Below are positions 1-13,039 of a DNA stretch of 64,000 nt, in pieces. The notes under the pieces were generated by a model. That model had not been told where the DNA came from and made no database searches. It worked only from the letters and a program-made list of their open reading frames with translations. Positions within the stretch are counted from its first letter, which is position 1. The number at the start of each line of letters is the position of its first letter. Source of the stretch: Fistulifera solaris. Its lineage: Eukaryota. The translations under genes and the position numbers were made by a program. The DNA is taken from NCBI GenBank assembly GCA_030295235.1, contig AP026146.1, positions 124,001 through 188,000 of the forward strand, read 5' to 3'.

Positions 1-158
1 AGCCGTTGCACGCTTCACAAGGTCCACTTTTTTCTCTTTTTTGACATCTTCGTTCCGTCATTATCTCCGAGAAGCTTTGATTCCAAAAGAGAAACACAGA
101 AAATTCTCCATCGCTTGCCTTTCACCGACTATTTGATTAGCAAAGATCAAAATTGAAA

Positions 159-1332
159 ATGGCCCCAGACGATAAGAAGAAACACCCACTCCAGCACTTG
201 CTCGCGGGGGGTGCCGCCGGCTTGGTCGAGTCATCGGTTTGTCATCCATTGGACACCATTAAGACGCGGATGCAACTCCGACGACAAAGTGCGACTGTCG
301 AAAAAGTCGTCGTGAAGATGAGAGATTCCATGATGGAACCTGCGCTTCGTTTGCAGCATTCTCTTCAGGATCCTGTGCTCCGAACGGCCGGTGGTCTCGA
401 ACCGGGCATCCGAATGAGCGGTCCGACGAAACTGGCGCATGTGACCATGCATCCACACACGGTGCAAGCTCCACTTGGACCTATTGGAACTGCTCGGCGT
501 ATCGTGGAAAGAGAAGGTTTCTTTGCGCTATATAAGGTAAGAAGACATTATTTTTGTTATTCGCAATCCCATGATCTCCTCTCAATTTGTTCTATAAAAC
601 AAGGGATTGACAGCTGTATGGACTGGTATTATTCCCAAGATGGCCATTCGGTTTGTGTCGTTTGAGCAGTACCGAGAGTGGATGGGTCCTCCTGCGCAGC
701 AGTACGGTGTTTCTGCGGGCATGGTAACCTTTACGGCTGGTCTAGCATCTGGTCTCACGGAAGCGATTCTCGTCGTCACTCCCGCGGAAGTATGTAAGAT
801 AAGGATGCAATCCCAGTTCCACTCGATGATGGACCCTTCACAGCTGCAGAAGCGGAAATACACGAATGTCATCCAGACGGCGTTTCTCATTGTAAAGGAA
901 GAAGGTTTGGGTGCTCTTTACAAAGGTGTTATCCCAACGATGCTACGACAAGGTTGCAATCAGGCTGTTAACTTCACGGCTTATAACTACATAAAGAGGG
1001 AAGTCATGGCTCGGCAAGGAACTGATAGTCTCGATTCATGGCAGTCCCTGCTCATTGGTGGCTTGTCGGGCGGCATGGGCCCCTTGGTGAATAACCCTCT
1101 TGATGTGGTGAAAACACGATTACAGAAGCAAGTGATCACTCCAGGAAAAACGCCTAAATATACAGGACTTGGCCAAGCTTGTTTGAAAATTGGACGAGAG
1201 GAAGGAGTTCTCGCACTCTGGAAGGGTATTACACCGCGTCTTTTGAGAATCATGCCAGGGCAGGCGATCACATTCATGACATACGAGGCTGTGTCTGCCC
1301 AGATGACAAAAATGGGTTGGTTCAATGTTTAG
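159..1332 (+). CDS. SFC1: Mitochondrial carrier, succinate/fumarate antiporter-like (exons 159-536, 604-1332)
   Basis: Three carrier repeats (HPLDTIKTRMQ, TPAEVCKIRMQ, NPLDVVKTRLQ); GIIPKMAIRF resembles yeast Sfc1; GT-AG intron 537-603 joins ORFs 153 and 607 in frame. Confidence 0.85.
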
Positions 1333-1725
1333 AGAGACGGGATGTTTGTGGCTGCTTGCTTATCGATTCAGTCAATAGTTAGACTTAACTTCTTCACAGT
1401 TAGATCGTGTAATATGCGAGATAGTTAGCCGGTAATCTTACTCTGTACTGTAACGTCTTAGTTTTAGTCCTTGTACGACACTTTTGTCAACCGAGTATAA
1501 GTTTTGAATCTATATCGTATTACCTGTAAGACAAGTAGTTCCATTCGGCTCACTATACTAAAACCAGTGCAATCGCCTGTATGTCGTTCGCATCTCTCCC
1601 TCGCTTGAACGATACCAGTGTGCGTCGCATACAGCGCAACACTAACGCGACAACAAAAGTCGTTATATGTTCTCAATTATTTGTTGATATAGAAAGCCTT
1701 TTGTTTGAAATCCAAGTCATTTATC

Positions 1726-2173
1726 ATGTCAAGTCGATCCCTTGTTGCTACAGCCTTCCGACGCTCCGGTGTAACGCGCCGTCCGTTTCATGTGACTGCG
1801 CTTCGGCAAGGCGGCGGTCACTCGCCTCCTCTGGCGCCTTTTGCGCGTGTTACACCGCAGTCCGAGTCGGTACGTTCAAAGATCTCTCTACCTACATCTT
1901 CTTTTCAATCTGTTTTTAAAAATCCCTTTTTCCCCGCAGATGACGGAAAACTTGGATGCTGTTTGGAACGACGGAGTCGCCCCGGAATTAGCACTCGACT
2001 TTGACATGCCCAACACCAGTTCCAAGGAAGCTCTTTTCACATGGATGGGGACGCTTACTGGTTTCTTCGTACTTTATCAAGGCATTTCTTTGGTAACAAA
2101 TGGTGCTAAAGATAACAATCCGGCCCTATCGCATGCAACAGATGTAGTTGTTCCGGATTACTCGAAGCACTAA
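1726..2173 (+). CDS. NDUFB8: Complex I subunit NDUFB8-like (exons 1726-1869, 1940-2173)
   Basis: Arg-rich mitochondrial presequence; WNDGVAPELALD..KEAL followed by one TM helix resembles plant NDUFB8; in-frame GT-AG intron 1870-1939. Confidence 0.65.
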
Positions 2174-4178
2174 TTTTCCAGAATGTCTTCAACACCCGCC
2201 TATAACGATAAGACCTAACTTGCGCACCTTCCATTTTAGCATCATCAACGTGTATTCGTTCTTGTATTGATGATTGTGAAAGAAGTGGCACAAGAGACTA
2301 AACTCGCCGTTGTCGGTCGACAAGAACTAGGCACGTAGACACGATCTATTTCATCGATTACAAGTGCCTGTTGATAAATCGCCACACGTGATTTTCGTTT
2401 CTTGTATCGATACCTGGTAGTGACCTCAAAGCAGATTTCGATTGCTACGCTTTTCATAAAAACCTGTCAAAGTGCTACAACAGAATAAGCTACGATGAAG
2501 CTATTCTACAATATTTTAAACATTTTTAAGCTATCAATCGAAGGCATTTTGTAGAGCATTGGGGATAAACGGAAGACGATGTTTGATTGCGGGATAGCAT
2601 GGAGAAGCTAATGCAACAAATAACGATAATGAACAAACTTTAAAAACAGAGGTGACAGAGAGATGTAACACGATCCAATATCACAGAGACCATCATGATT
2701 TAGGAAGGAGCTGATCAATCACGAGGAAGCCAGAACAAATCAGCAATCATTCAAGCAGGGCAAACAAATTTTCCAACGAATTGGACCTAAAACGATTTGA
2801 TGATGGGGATAACCCTCGCATTTGTAACGCCGTCAGCATCCAGTGGCGACAAAAGATCTATGAAAAGTTCATCCTCTTCAAGGTTGTCGTCAAACCCTCG
2901 TATCAGGCATTCGAGCTCAGAATAGACCTCCCAGCTTGAAGGCTATGAAACGAACCCGAGCGTCCAAACTCAAATCCAAATGCTCGCAGGAAGACGCTGC
3001 TTCGATTTCCAGGAAAGCCCGTGATTCACACAAATTTTTTCTTTAATATTCATCACTTCACTAGCCAAATGCACCAAGGCCGGCATAGCTTCGTGACGAA
3101 AGGTAGAATCTGTGCTTGCTGACATGATCTTTGCTGTTGTTGGTTTGCTTACTTGCTGCGGACGTTCCAAACTTGCAATGAATTGAGCATTTGTATACTT
3201 GAAAAGCACCAAAACAGACACCAGTTTAAGTAAACGCTACATAAGCAACAAACAGAAGGCCTGCGAGCTTCGAAGGGACCCAGCATTGACCTCCATGGTG
3301 ACTTATCTTTCAACGCAGCGATTTCTTCACACAGTCTGCGAGTAAAACAACAATATACAGTACCCATACGTTGGAATACACTTTGTATCGTATATCGTAT
3401 AAGAAATCGAATAAAGAAAATAAAGGAACGTACCTGTCAGTACAAAAGCTACATACATGATTCTCGGTACTCAAAATCACGTACAAAATTGTACCGCAGC
3501 AAGTGTTTTCGCACAATTTTTGCTTTGAACCAATTATCACACCATGGTGTCTTCTTGCTTTCAAAACAACGTTATATCCTCTGATATGCTTTTGCATCAT
3601 CACCAAATGACTCTTGATCGTCCTGGTTATCGTGGGATGGCGCAGACAGCCGCGCCTCACCCTCCTAGTACGATCAAAACTCCAGTTCCCTCGCATGCTT
3701 CGAGTGCTTATCATCGTCGTCGTTTCTTGACGCCTCAAAGTGGCTTTCGTGAAGATCTGGATCGCTTCATTCCGTGTCGTGGTCGCATGCACATGGACTT
3801 GTGTCGTCGAAAGCTGAGTTCTGCGTCGAAACCTCGTGAATCATCGTCAAGTGATGCTTGCGCAAGTCCTCCTTCCGCAGCCCGTTCGACAAAACTTGCT
3901 TACGATAAGCATTTGCTGAGTACGATATGCAATGTTCCGACGAGTGATCTTGATGATGAACTGCAAATGAAGTCCATGTTACAATATGGTAACGTTTCGT
4001 CCTCCAAGACTCACAATCGTCGTCCTATCGTTGCTGCGGACCCTTTCGCACTGGACTTTTGCATTCCTCCACATTGTTGACGGCGGAAAAAGTCAACACA
4101 ACTCCCGCTCGCGTTATCCATTGTCGTCCTGAGGTAGTCCTTGATGCACCAGATATTGTGAATAATTTCTACTCTCAT

Positions 4179-4696
4179 TGACAAATTGTGTTTAGTTTTG
4201 GATCGTGAGCATTCGGGACTTCTAGTGTGGACGGAGTGTAGTCACTGTCTGAATGATAGTGAGTTTGTGGATTCGGTACTCCAGGTATCTTTTGGAGTTT
4301 GCTTCCGCCCACGTCATCGGAAGTTTGGGTACAAATACAAGTTCTTCTCTTGACACGTCGCAGAGGTGTGTGTAGTGTGTGGTATATTGTTCTACGTGAC
4401 GTACAAGGTGGTACGAGAGCTATGGAAGTTATGTTAAAGTCTACGGCGGCTTAGTACTTGGTAAATGGCGACGTCGACAAAATCAGGTTCAAGTTCACAA
4501 GATCTTGACTTCATTTTACCTTCGCTTTTTGCAGTCTCACATGAATAACAATAGTGAATTTGGTTTGCCTCGACTTTCCTTGTTCGCTTTATTCTATCGC
4601 ATCCTGTCTCCTGAAGACAAGCTTTCTTTCGTTCTCAGCTTCCTGTTTTGAAGATTCGTTTCGGGTGAGCTATCTGTGCGCTCCCGGAATTTGTCA
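4179..4696 (+). repeat. 5' LTR of element 1 (518 bp)
   Basis: Direct repeat of 11256-11768; TG...CA ends with a 9-bp terminal inverted repeat. Confidence 0.95.
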
Positions 4697-4710
4697 GATT
4701 AACAGTCGCA
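4697..4710 (+). promoter_or_regulatory. Primer-binding site complementary to the tRNA-Asn(GTT) anticodon arm
   Basis: GATTAACAGTCGCA directly after the 5' LTR; reverse complement TGCGA-CTGTTAA-TC is an anticodon stem strand plus GTT loop. Confidence 0.7.
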
Positions 4711-4744
4711 GTTTCGCTTTCAAGTTTTCGCTTTCGGCTTCGCC

Positions 4745-7700
4745 ATGATTCTCTCGGGCTCAATCGCGTGCCGCCTTTGACCACGTGATGGACAATGTCC
4801 TCGGTCGTGGTGATGACTCTGCTCTCAAACGAGCGTTGGTGTCCACCGGATACGTGGACATCTACTTGCTTCTCGAGTTGCGCCCTTTGGACATCGGAGG
4901 TCTTGAGTTCCGTGACGATACAGGGGGAAACCATGCACGTCACCCGTGGTGATAAGACCTTGGTCTATGCATTTCTCGAGTATGTGGCTCATCGTGGCCG
5001 CTCTGGTGACCATATTGAAGATTGGTTGACGGTCACCGAAGACGATTTCAACGAAGTTCCGCCTCAGTCCTGAACGGGTGTTCGATCGTAGCAATCCCGA
5101 GGTTCCCGTTGTCCCCGTCCCCCCACCTGTTGCACCTCGTGCGCCAGGAATGTCCCTCGCAGCTCTTTTCAAGCGAGGAATCAAACGTGATCCTTCCCTC
5201 TTCCCTACTCTCAAGGACGAGAGTTACAATGACGCCTGGCATCGTTCTTTTGTCAATCAGGCCCGTGCTCAGGATGTCGAGGGAGGTGCTTAATGAGGAT
5301 TATGTCCCTACTACTGAGGAAGAAAAGGAGTTGTTCGATGAAAAGCAGAAGTTCCTCTACGCAGTTTTGGAAAGTAAGGTGCTTACTGACCAAGGAAAAG
5401 CCCTTATTCGTGACTACGAAGATACCTACGATGCTCAGAAGGTCTATGCGGCGTTGAAGCGTCATCATCTACAGTCTACAAAGGCTCAGATGACTTCTGC
5501 AACTATTCTTTCTTACATTACTTCAGTTCGTTATGGAGAAGGTCATCGTGGTGGTACTGCTGCAGGCTTCGTGCATGATTGGATTGATCAAGTCCGTCAG
5601 TACGAGCGAATGTCCGGTGACCCCTTCCCGATAAACACAAGAGAATTCTACTTGAGAATGCGGTCAGCACTGTTGCCGAATTTCGTCAAGTCAAGACTAG
5701 TGCCGATTTGGAATTAACCAAGACTGGCAAAGACCTGACTTTCGATCAGTACTGCTCTCTGTTGATTTCGGGCGTTGTGTTGCAGTCGATGAACAGGCCA
5801 AACGCAAATCTCGTAACAGTTCCGTTAACTTCCATGATACCATGGCCTTCGGTTCGTTGAATGAGTTTGGTACTGAGGAGTTAGACCTTTCTGGATATGC
5901 CCTGGATTCCGACGTTCCTACTTCTGATTGGCAGATTAATGCTACCAGTACTGAAAGACGTTCTGTTGGGTTCCGTGGTTCCCCTTCACCTGGTTCTGCT
6001 CCTATGACGCTGTATGCCGCGCGACCGTTGGTTTCAGCTGAGTGCTGACGCGCCAAATTTGGGATACTTTGGCTGATCGTGACAAGGCCGTCATCCTTGG
6101 ATTGCTTACTATTCCCGGACGTGATGTCAGCGCTGGACCTAACCGTGACTCGAATCCGACGTCACAGTCTGGTCGTCCGTCCAACCTCCGTCGTTCGGTT
6201 CACTTCCATGACTTTGACCCTAATGCATCTCAGGATACTCTCACTTCGGAACCTACTGAAGAGTTCCATGATGCAGCTCAAGAACCTACTAAGCCTGATG
6301 GCGAATCTACCGTGCTTGTGAACTCCGCTTCGCTCTAGTTCTACAATGGCTCCACACGATATACGCCGCCTTCTCGCGTTCTTCCCAGAGCAACACAAGT
6401 CGCCAAGTCAACACTTTGATAATTTATCGCGTGTCCCTTCAACACGGTCTCATGTAGATTCCCTACTTGATCGTGGTGCTAACGGTGGGGTTGCCGGATG
6501 TGACGTCCGAGTCATCCACAAGGACTTTCCCCATCGGCGTGTCAACATCCAAGGTATCGACAACCATCAGATGACTGATCTTGAGCTTGGTACTGTTGGG
6601 GGCGAGTAATGCGACGCAAAACGGACCGGTCATAGCCGTTTTCAACCAGTACGCGTTATATGGAAAAGGCCCTACCATTCACGCTTCTGGACAGTTGGAG
6701 CACTTCAAGAACCTCGTTGACGACAAGTCTATCCACGTGGGCGGTCGTCAATGCATCGTGACTCTTGATGGGTATGTGGTGCCTCTTAAGGTTCAACAGG
6801 GACTCGCTTCGCCTTCCTATTCGTCCATTTACTGACGAAGAATGGCGTTCTCTACCTCACGTCATTATGACGAGCAATCTTGACTGGGACCCCTCTGTAC
6901 TTGATCATGCAAATGATCAAGCTGATTGGTTCAATCGCATCAGCGATACACTAGAGTTGGAAGATCCCCGTCCACTCTTTGATGCATTCGGTGACTATCA
7001 TCACGGAGATAGTATAGACATTGAAGATCGCTTTGTCTTTACCCGATTGACTTCTCCTACTTTTCTGGCTACTGACAATATCATTGAAGTACGCTAACCT
7101 TACGGTATTGACCTCGCTGCTTTTCAGGCCATTGCCCGTCACTACGAGGTCTTTAACAACGAACTCGGCGCTTACGATAACGGTGATGATGTTGACGACG
7201 TGGCTGATACTCCCAGACCAGTTCTACCAGTCACGCCACGTACTATCCAGCGTCAAGACCCAGATCTAGGCCGACTTCGTCCTTACTTCGGTTGGATTTC
7301 CCATGACTTAATCAAGAAGACGCTCGAAAATACCACCCAGTATGGCCGCCTCCCACTTCCTGGAAGCACCCTCCTCAAGCGCTTCAAGTCATCAAATCCT
7401 GCTTTGAATGTTCATCGCCGTTCTGAAGACGTCGCGTGTGATATTGTCTACGCCAACACCCGGCTGTTGACAATGGGTCCACGTCTGCAGTCATTTTTGT
7501 TGGTCATGATACCATGGTTACAGATGTTTATGGTATCAAAACCGATAGCCAATTCCTCCGGACCTTAGAAGACAATATTCGCGAATGGGGAGCCCCTACT
7601 GCGTCTCCTTAGTGACCGCGCCCAAGTTCTCATCAGCAACGCGGTTCAAGATGTTCTTCGTACTTTTGCATCGGAGCATGGCAAAGTGAACCTCATCAAC

Positions 7701-10700
7701 AACAACAAAACCCTGCCGAACGCCGTTTCCAAACGATCAAGAATACTGCCAATCGCATCTTAGATCGTACCGGTGCACCACCTTCTCACGTGGCTTCTTT
7801 GTCTTCAATACGTGTGTTTTTCTACTCAACCACACGTACAACCAAACCTTGAAGACAGTTCCGTTGTTGGCACTGACGGGTTCGACTCACGATGTTAGTG
7901 TTCTCTTGGCGCTTCTATTTTTGGCAACGTGTGTTGTATTTGAAACACGACTATGGCTTCCCTTCTGATTCTTCCGAAGGGCTTGGAAATATTGTTGGTA
8001 TTTCTGAACATGTTGGACCCGCTCTTTGCTGGAAGATTCTGTCCGCTGATACTCAGAAAGTCATTTGTCGCTCTTCCGTTCGTCCGTACACTGCTGACGA
8101 CCCTAATTTGCGCGCCGCTCGGACTGCCGGGGAGATGTCTACTACTTCTGCTCCTGTCGTTCTGTCCCGTGAACGATTCAGTCACCGAGAACAGTCCGTT
8201 TTCTCTCAGCCCTCCCGACGACGCAGCGACCATGCCTCCTCCGCCACCACTTGTTGATGTCAGTGATTTGATTGGTCGCACGTTTCTGACGGACGTGGCT
8301 TCTGATGGGCAGAAACACCGCTTAAGGATTGCACGTCTTGTCGACGATTTCGATTCTTCCATCAAACGAGTACCAGAACGAATCAAGTTTGTATGTAAGG
8401 TTGGTGAAGACGAGGCCGAAGAAGTTTTTAGCTATGCCCAGATCATGGCATACCTAGATCAAGACGCCGGATGCTCCGGTTTGGAAGTTCAAGCGCATCA
8501 TTTCGCATCAAGGCCCATTTTGCGATGGAGATCCCGAATACAAAGGCTCTTCCTACAATGTTTTGATCGAATGGGAGAACGGGAGATCACAGCTGAACCT
8601 CTAAATGTTATTGCTTCCGACGACCCCGTGACCTGCGCTATATATGCCAAGGAAAATAACCTCTTGGATGTTCAGGGTTGGAAGAGATTCAAAGGCATCG
8701 CAAAAGACACAAGAAATTCACCCGACTGGTGAACCATGCGAAGCTTCGCTCCTACAACACTGCTCCGCGCTACAAGTATGGTTTCGAAATTCCCCGAGAC
8801 TATGCACATGCGATGCGTTTAGACGAGAAAAATAAGAACACCAAGTGGAAAGAGGCAGTTGCTCTAGAGTTGTTACAAATTCAAGAGTACGAGACCTTCA
8901 AGGACTTAGGTCACAAGTCTGTTGGGAGGCCTCCTCAAGGGTACAAGAAGATTCGTGTCCACTTAGTTTTCGACGTCAAGCATGACGGACGTCACAAAGC
9001 ACGACTGGTGGCAGACGGACATTTAACCGATATCCCTACTGAGTCTGTCTACTCCGGTGTCGTCAGTTTACGGAGTTTCCGTCTGGTTGTTTTTCTTGCT
9101 GAGCTTAATTCTCTCAAGTTCTGGGCTACTGACATTGGCAATGCCTATCTTGAGGCGTTTACTTCCGAACGCGTCTACATCGAGGCTGGACCTGAGTTCG
9201 GAGAATTAGCAGGCCATATTCTCCTTATCAGCAAGGCCCTCTCACGGACTACGTACTAGTAGCGCAATGGGCGGATCGATTGGCCGGCGTCATGCGTGAA
9301 TTGGGTTTTCAACAATGCAAGGCTGACCCCTATATTTGGCTACGACGTAACGGAGACGTCCTACGAGTATGTTGCTGTCTATGTCGATGATTTAGCTTTA
9401 GCGATGAAGGATCCCCAAGGGTTTGTCAACCTGCTTATGAAACAGTACGGGTTCAAGTTGAAGGGAACCGGCCCAGTCAGCTTTCACCTTGGTATGGATT
9501 TCACTCGTGACAAGGATGGTACTCTCTGCATGTCTCCCAAGAAATACACCGAGAAGATCATTGCGAATTATGAACGGATGTACGGGGAGTCGCCGAAACA
9601 GAATGTCACTTCACCGCTAGAGAAAGGCGATCATCCAGAATTGGACACTTCGGAGTTTCTGGATGAGAAAAGCACTCGAGACTACCAGTCTTTGATCGGT
9701 TCGTTACAGTGGTTAATCAGTATCGGACGTTTCGACATCATGACTGCTGTTATGACGATGTCCGCGTTTCGTTCCGGCTCAGCGCAAGGGTCATTTGGAT
9801 CGAGTTAAGAGAATCTTCGGATACATTTCGAAGATGCGGAACGCCGCCATCCGTTTTCGTACAGGACTTCCGGATCTGTCCGATCTACCTAATTTCGAGT
9901 ACGATTGGTCCAAGTCAGTCTACGGTGATGTGAAAGAGATTCTTCCCCATGATGCTCCGGAACCTCTCGGTATGCCAGTTGTTTCTACACATTACGTCGA
10001 TGCAAACTTAATGCATTGCATGGCTACGGGGAGATCTGTGACTGGCATTCTGCATTTTCTTAATCAGACGCCCGATTGATTGGTATTCCAAGAAGCAAGC
10101 TACCGTCGAAACTGCCACCTATGGATCCGAATTTGTCGCCGCAAGGACGTGTGTCGAACAGATCATCGATATCCGAAACACACTTCGCTACCTGGGAGTT
10201 CCTATTCGTGACAAGGCTTATATGTTTGGTGACAACCAATCGGTTGTCAATAGTGCGACTCAAGTTCATGCCAAGCTACACAAGCGTCACACGATGCTTT
10301 CGTTTCATCGAGTTCGCGAGGCAATTGCATCTGGTATGATTGCTTTCCTTCACATTCCTGGCGAAATGAACCCGGCCGATATTCTCAGTAAGCATTGGGG
10401 TTAGATGGGCAGAAACACCGGCAAGGATTGCACGTCTTGTCGACGATTTCGATTCTTCCATCAAACGAGTACCAGAACGAATCAAGTTTGTATGTAAGGT
10501 TGGTGAAGACGAGGCCGAAGAAGTTTTTAGCTATGCCCAGATCATGGCATACCTAGATCAAGACGCCGGATGCTCCGGTTTGGAAGTTCAAGCGCATCAT
10601 TTCGCATCAAGGCCCATTTTGCGATGGAGATCCCGAATACAAAGGCTCTTCCTACAATGTTTTGATCGAATGGGAGAACGGGAGATCACAGCTGAACCTC

Positions 10701-11106
10701 TAAATGTTATTGCTTCCGACGACCCCGTGACCTGCGCTATATATGCCAAGGAAAATAACCTCTTGGATGTTCAGGGTTGGAAGAGATTCAAAGGCATCGC
10801 AAAAGACACAAGAAATTCACCCGACTGGTGAACCATGCGAAGCTTCGCTCCTACAACACTGCTCCGCGCTACAAGTATGGTTTCGAAATTCCCCGAGACT
10901 ATGCACATGCGATGCGTTTAGACGAGAAAAATAAGAACACCAAGTGGAAAGAGGCAATTGCATCTGGTATGATTGCTTTCCTTCACATTCCTGGCGAAAT
11001 GAACCCGGCCGATATTCTCAGTAAGCATTGGGGATATTCGCAGATCTGGCCGCGTTTAAAGGCAGTACTGTTTTGGATGGGTGACACCTCGGAGATCGGA
11101 GACTAG
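4745..11106 (+). CDS. gag-pol polyprotein of element 1 (many frameshifts, internal duplication)
   Basis: gag (FKRGIKRDPSLFP), protease LLDRGANGG, integrase region (SEPHQQQQNPAER), RT (KARLVADGH, TDIGNAYL, YVDDL), RNase H (YVDANL, FGDNQS, NPADILSK). Confidence 0.9.
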
Positions 11107-11255
11107 CTTACGGTTTCAAGGAGTCGGCTCATATGTGTGATTTTGTGCTGAGTGGTTTTATATGTTTATGTGTCAGAGCGAGGCAAACAGTTATGGAGTT
11201 TGGTGGAATTGGTTCGGATTTAAATTTGAGATCGTGTCTACGAGAAGACGGGGAG

Positions 11256-11768
11256 TGACAAATTGTGTTTAGTTTTGGATCGTGAGCATTCGGGACTTCT
11301 AGTGTGGACGGAGTGTAGTCACTGTCTGAATGATAGTGAGTTTGTGGATTCGGTACTCCAGGTATCTTTTGGAGTTTGCTTCCGCCCACGTCATCGGAAG
11401 TTTGGGTACAAATACAAGTTCTTCTCTTGACACGTCGCAGAGGTGTGTGTAGTGTGTGGTATATTGTTCTACGTGACGTACAAGGTGGTACGAGAGCTAT
11501 GGAAGTTATGTTAAAGTCTACGGCGGCTTAGTACTTGGTAAATGGCGACGTCGACAAAATCAGGTTCAAGTTCACAAGATCTTGACTTCATTTTACCTTC
11601 GCTTTTTGCAGTCTCACATGAATAACAATAGTGAATTTGGTTTGCCTCGACTTTCCTTGTTCGCTTTATTCTATCGCATCCTGTCTCCTGAAGACAAGCT
11701 TTCGTTCTCGCTTCCTGTTTTGAAGATTCGTTTCGGGTGAGCTATCTGTGCGCTCCCGGAATTTGTCA
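11256..11768 (+). repeat. 3' LTR of element 1 (513 bp)
   Basis: Matches 4179-4696 except for small indels near the 3' end. Confidence 0.95.
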
Positions 11769-13039
11769 CTCATCCGCTCAGTTGGAGCAAGGACAATGTC
11801 CTCGCAATAGGGCTGGGGTCGGTCGTGTACCTCATGAACATGTCTACCGATACAGTGCACGCAGTTAGTGGATTTGAAAACGGTGTCTCACAGCCGAAGT
11901 GAGAATTCGAACCACGTTCGGGCAGTGAAGTGGTGCACAATTAAAGGATTGACGCACTACCTGGCTGTGGGAACCGACTCGGGCGTTCGAATGTACGACA
12001 CAGTTTGCAAGAAGGAAGTGCACACGTCTCTCAAAGTTGGAGGAGGTACAGTTCATGCGCTTTGCTGGAATGATTCCTTGCTATGGTTGACAGTTGGCTA
12101 CGATACGGGGAAGCTGGTGAGTCTTGATTGGCGTAGCCGCTCAATGACAGGAATGACTCGGCGTGGATCACCATCACAGTCATCGTCGTCTTCGGTTTGC
12201 AATATTGCATGGAATCCTGCAGGCACGTGTCTCGCGAGTGGACGAAGTGATAACACAATTCACCTGTGGGATGCATCTATGATGAGGAGTCTCCAAGTAG
12301 GTGGTGGTCCCCGTCTTGTATTGGAATCGCACTCGGCAGCTGTCAAGGGACTGGCTTGGTGTCCCTATCGTAGTGACATGCTTGCCAGTGGGGGCGGAAC
12401 TGCAGATCGTTGCATCAAGCTGTGGGATACATGCTCAGGACGTATGATGCACAGTGTATGTACTGGAAGTCAAGTTTCCTCGTTGATCTGGGGCCAGCAT
12501 CACCAGGAGCTGTATTCTGGCCATGGCTTCACGGACAACGAAGTCGTGGTCTGGAGCTACCCTAAGATGGAACGCATTCAATCCCTGTCGTATCACCAGG
12601 ATCGCATCTTGTCAATGGATTTGAGTCCTGATGGCAACCAGTTGGCATCGATTGGAGCCGATGAAAATTTGTGCCTCTGGAAAATTGATGCCGCTTCACC
12701 TCGCCATCGTACAGCCGTTGCAGCCTCCCCATCCTTCGGTTCTCGTTTCAACATCCGCTGAGGATTACTATGTGCTTTCCGAAATTATTGATTGATTGAT
12801 TGTTTCCGACCGTGTTTTGCTCTCCTTGTCGTCTGTCGTTACTATGTGTTTGTGTCTGTGTCTTTTGGCGGTCCGATGATCCTAGCTTTGAATTCTGTAC
12901 GGAATATATTTATTTATTAAAAGAATGTGTTTTGTCGTTAACCTACTACTATTTCTCTATTCCTTGCATAGTTTGTTGAACATTTTAGCTATCCATGAAA
13001 CAATAGTCTCATTCCGACTTGTACAAAGAATTTGAGTTA

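Larger units (their letters stand above)
4179..11768 (+). mobile_element. Full-length Ty1/Copia LTR retrotransposon (diatom CoDi-like), element 1
   Basis: Near-identical LTRs starting TGACAAATT and ending AATTTGTCA; 5-bp TSD CTCAT at 4174-4178 and 11769-11773; PPT GAGAAGACGGGGAG at 11242-11255; Copia domain order. Confidence 0.97.
3544..12761 (+). pseudogene. CDC20: CDC20/Fizzy-like APC/C co-activator copy A, interrupted by a Copia insertion at 4179-11768
   Basis: C-box DRFIPCR, VLDAPDIVNNFYSH|PLSWSKDN split by the element, WD40 motifs AVKGLAWCP, ASGGGTAD and SQVSSL, C-terminal IR tail (RFNIR). Confidence 0.85.

Noticed and set aside
5250..7900. Programmed ribosomal frameshift in gag-pol
   Set aside because: Too many scattered indels, matching the window-wide error pattern
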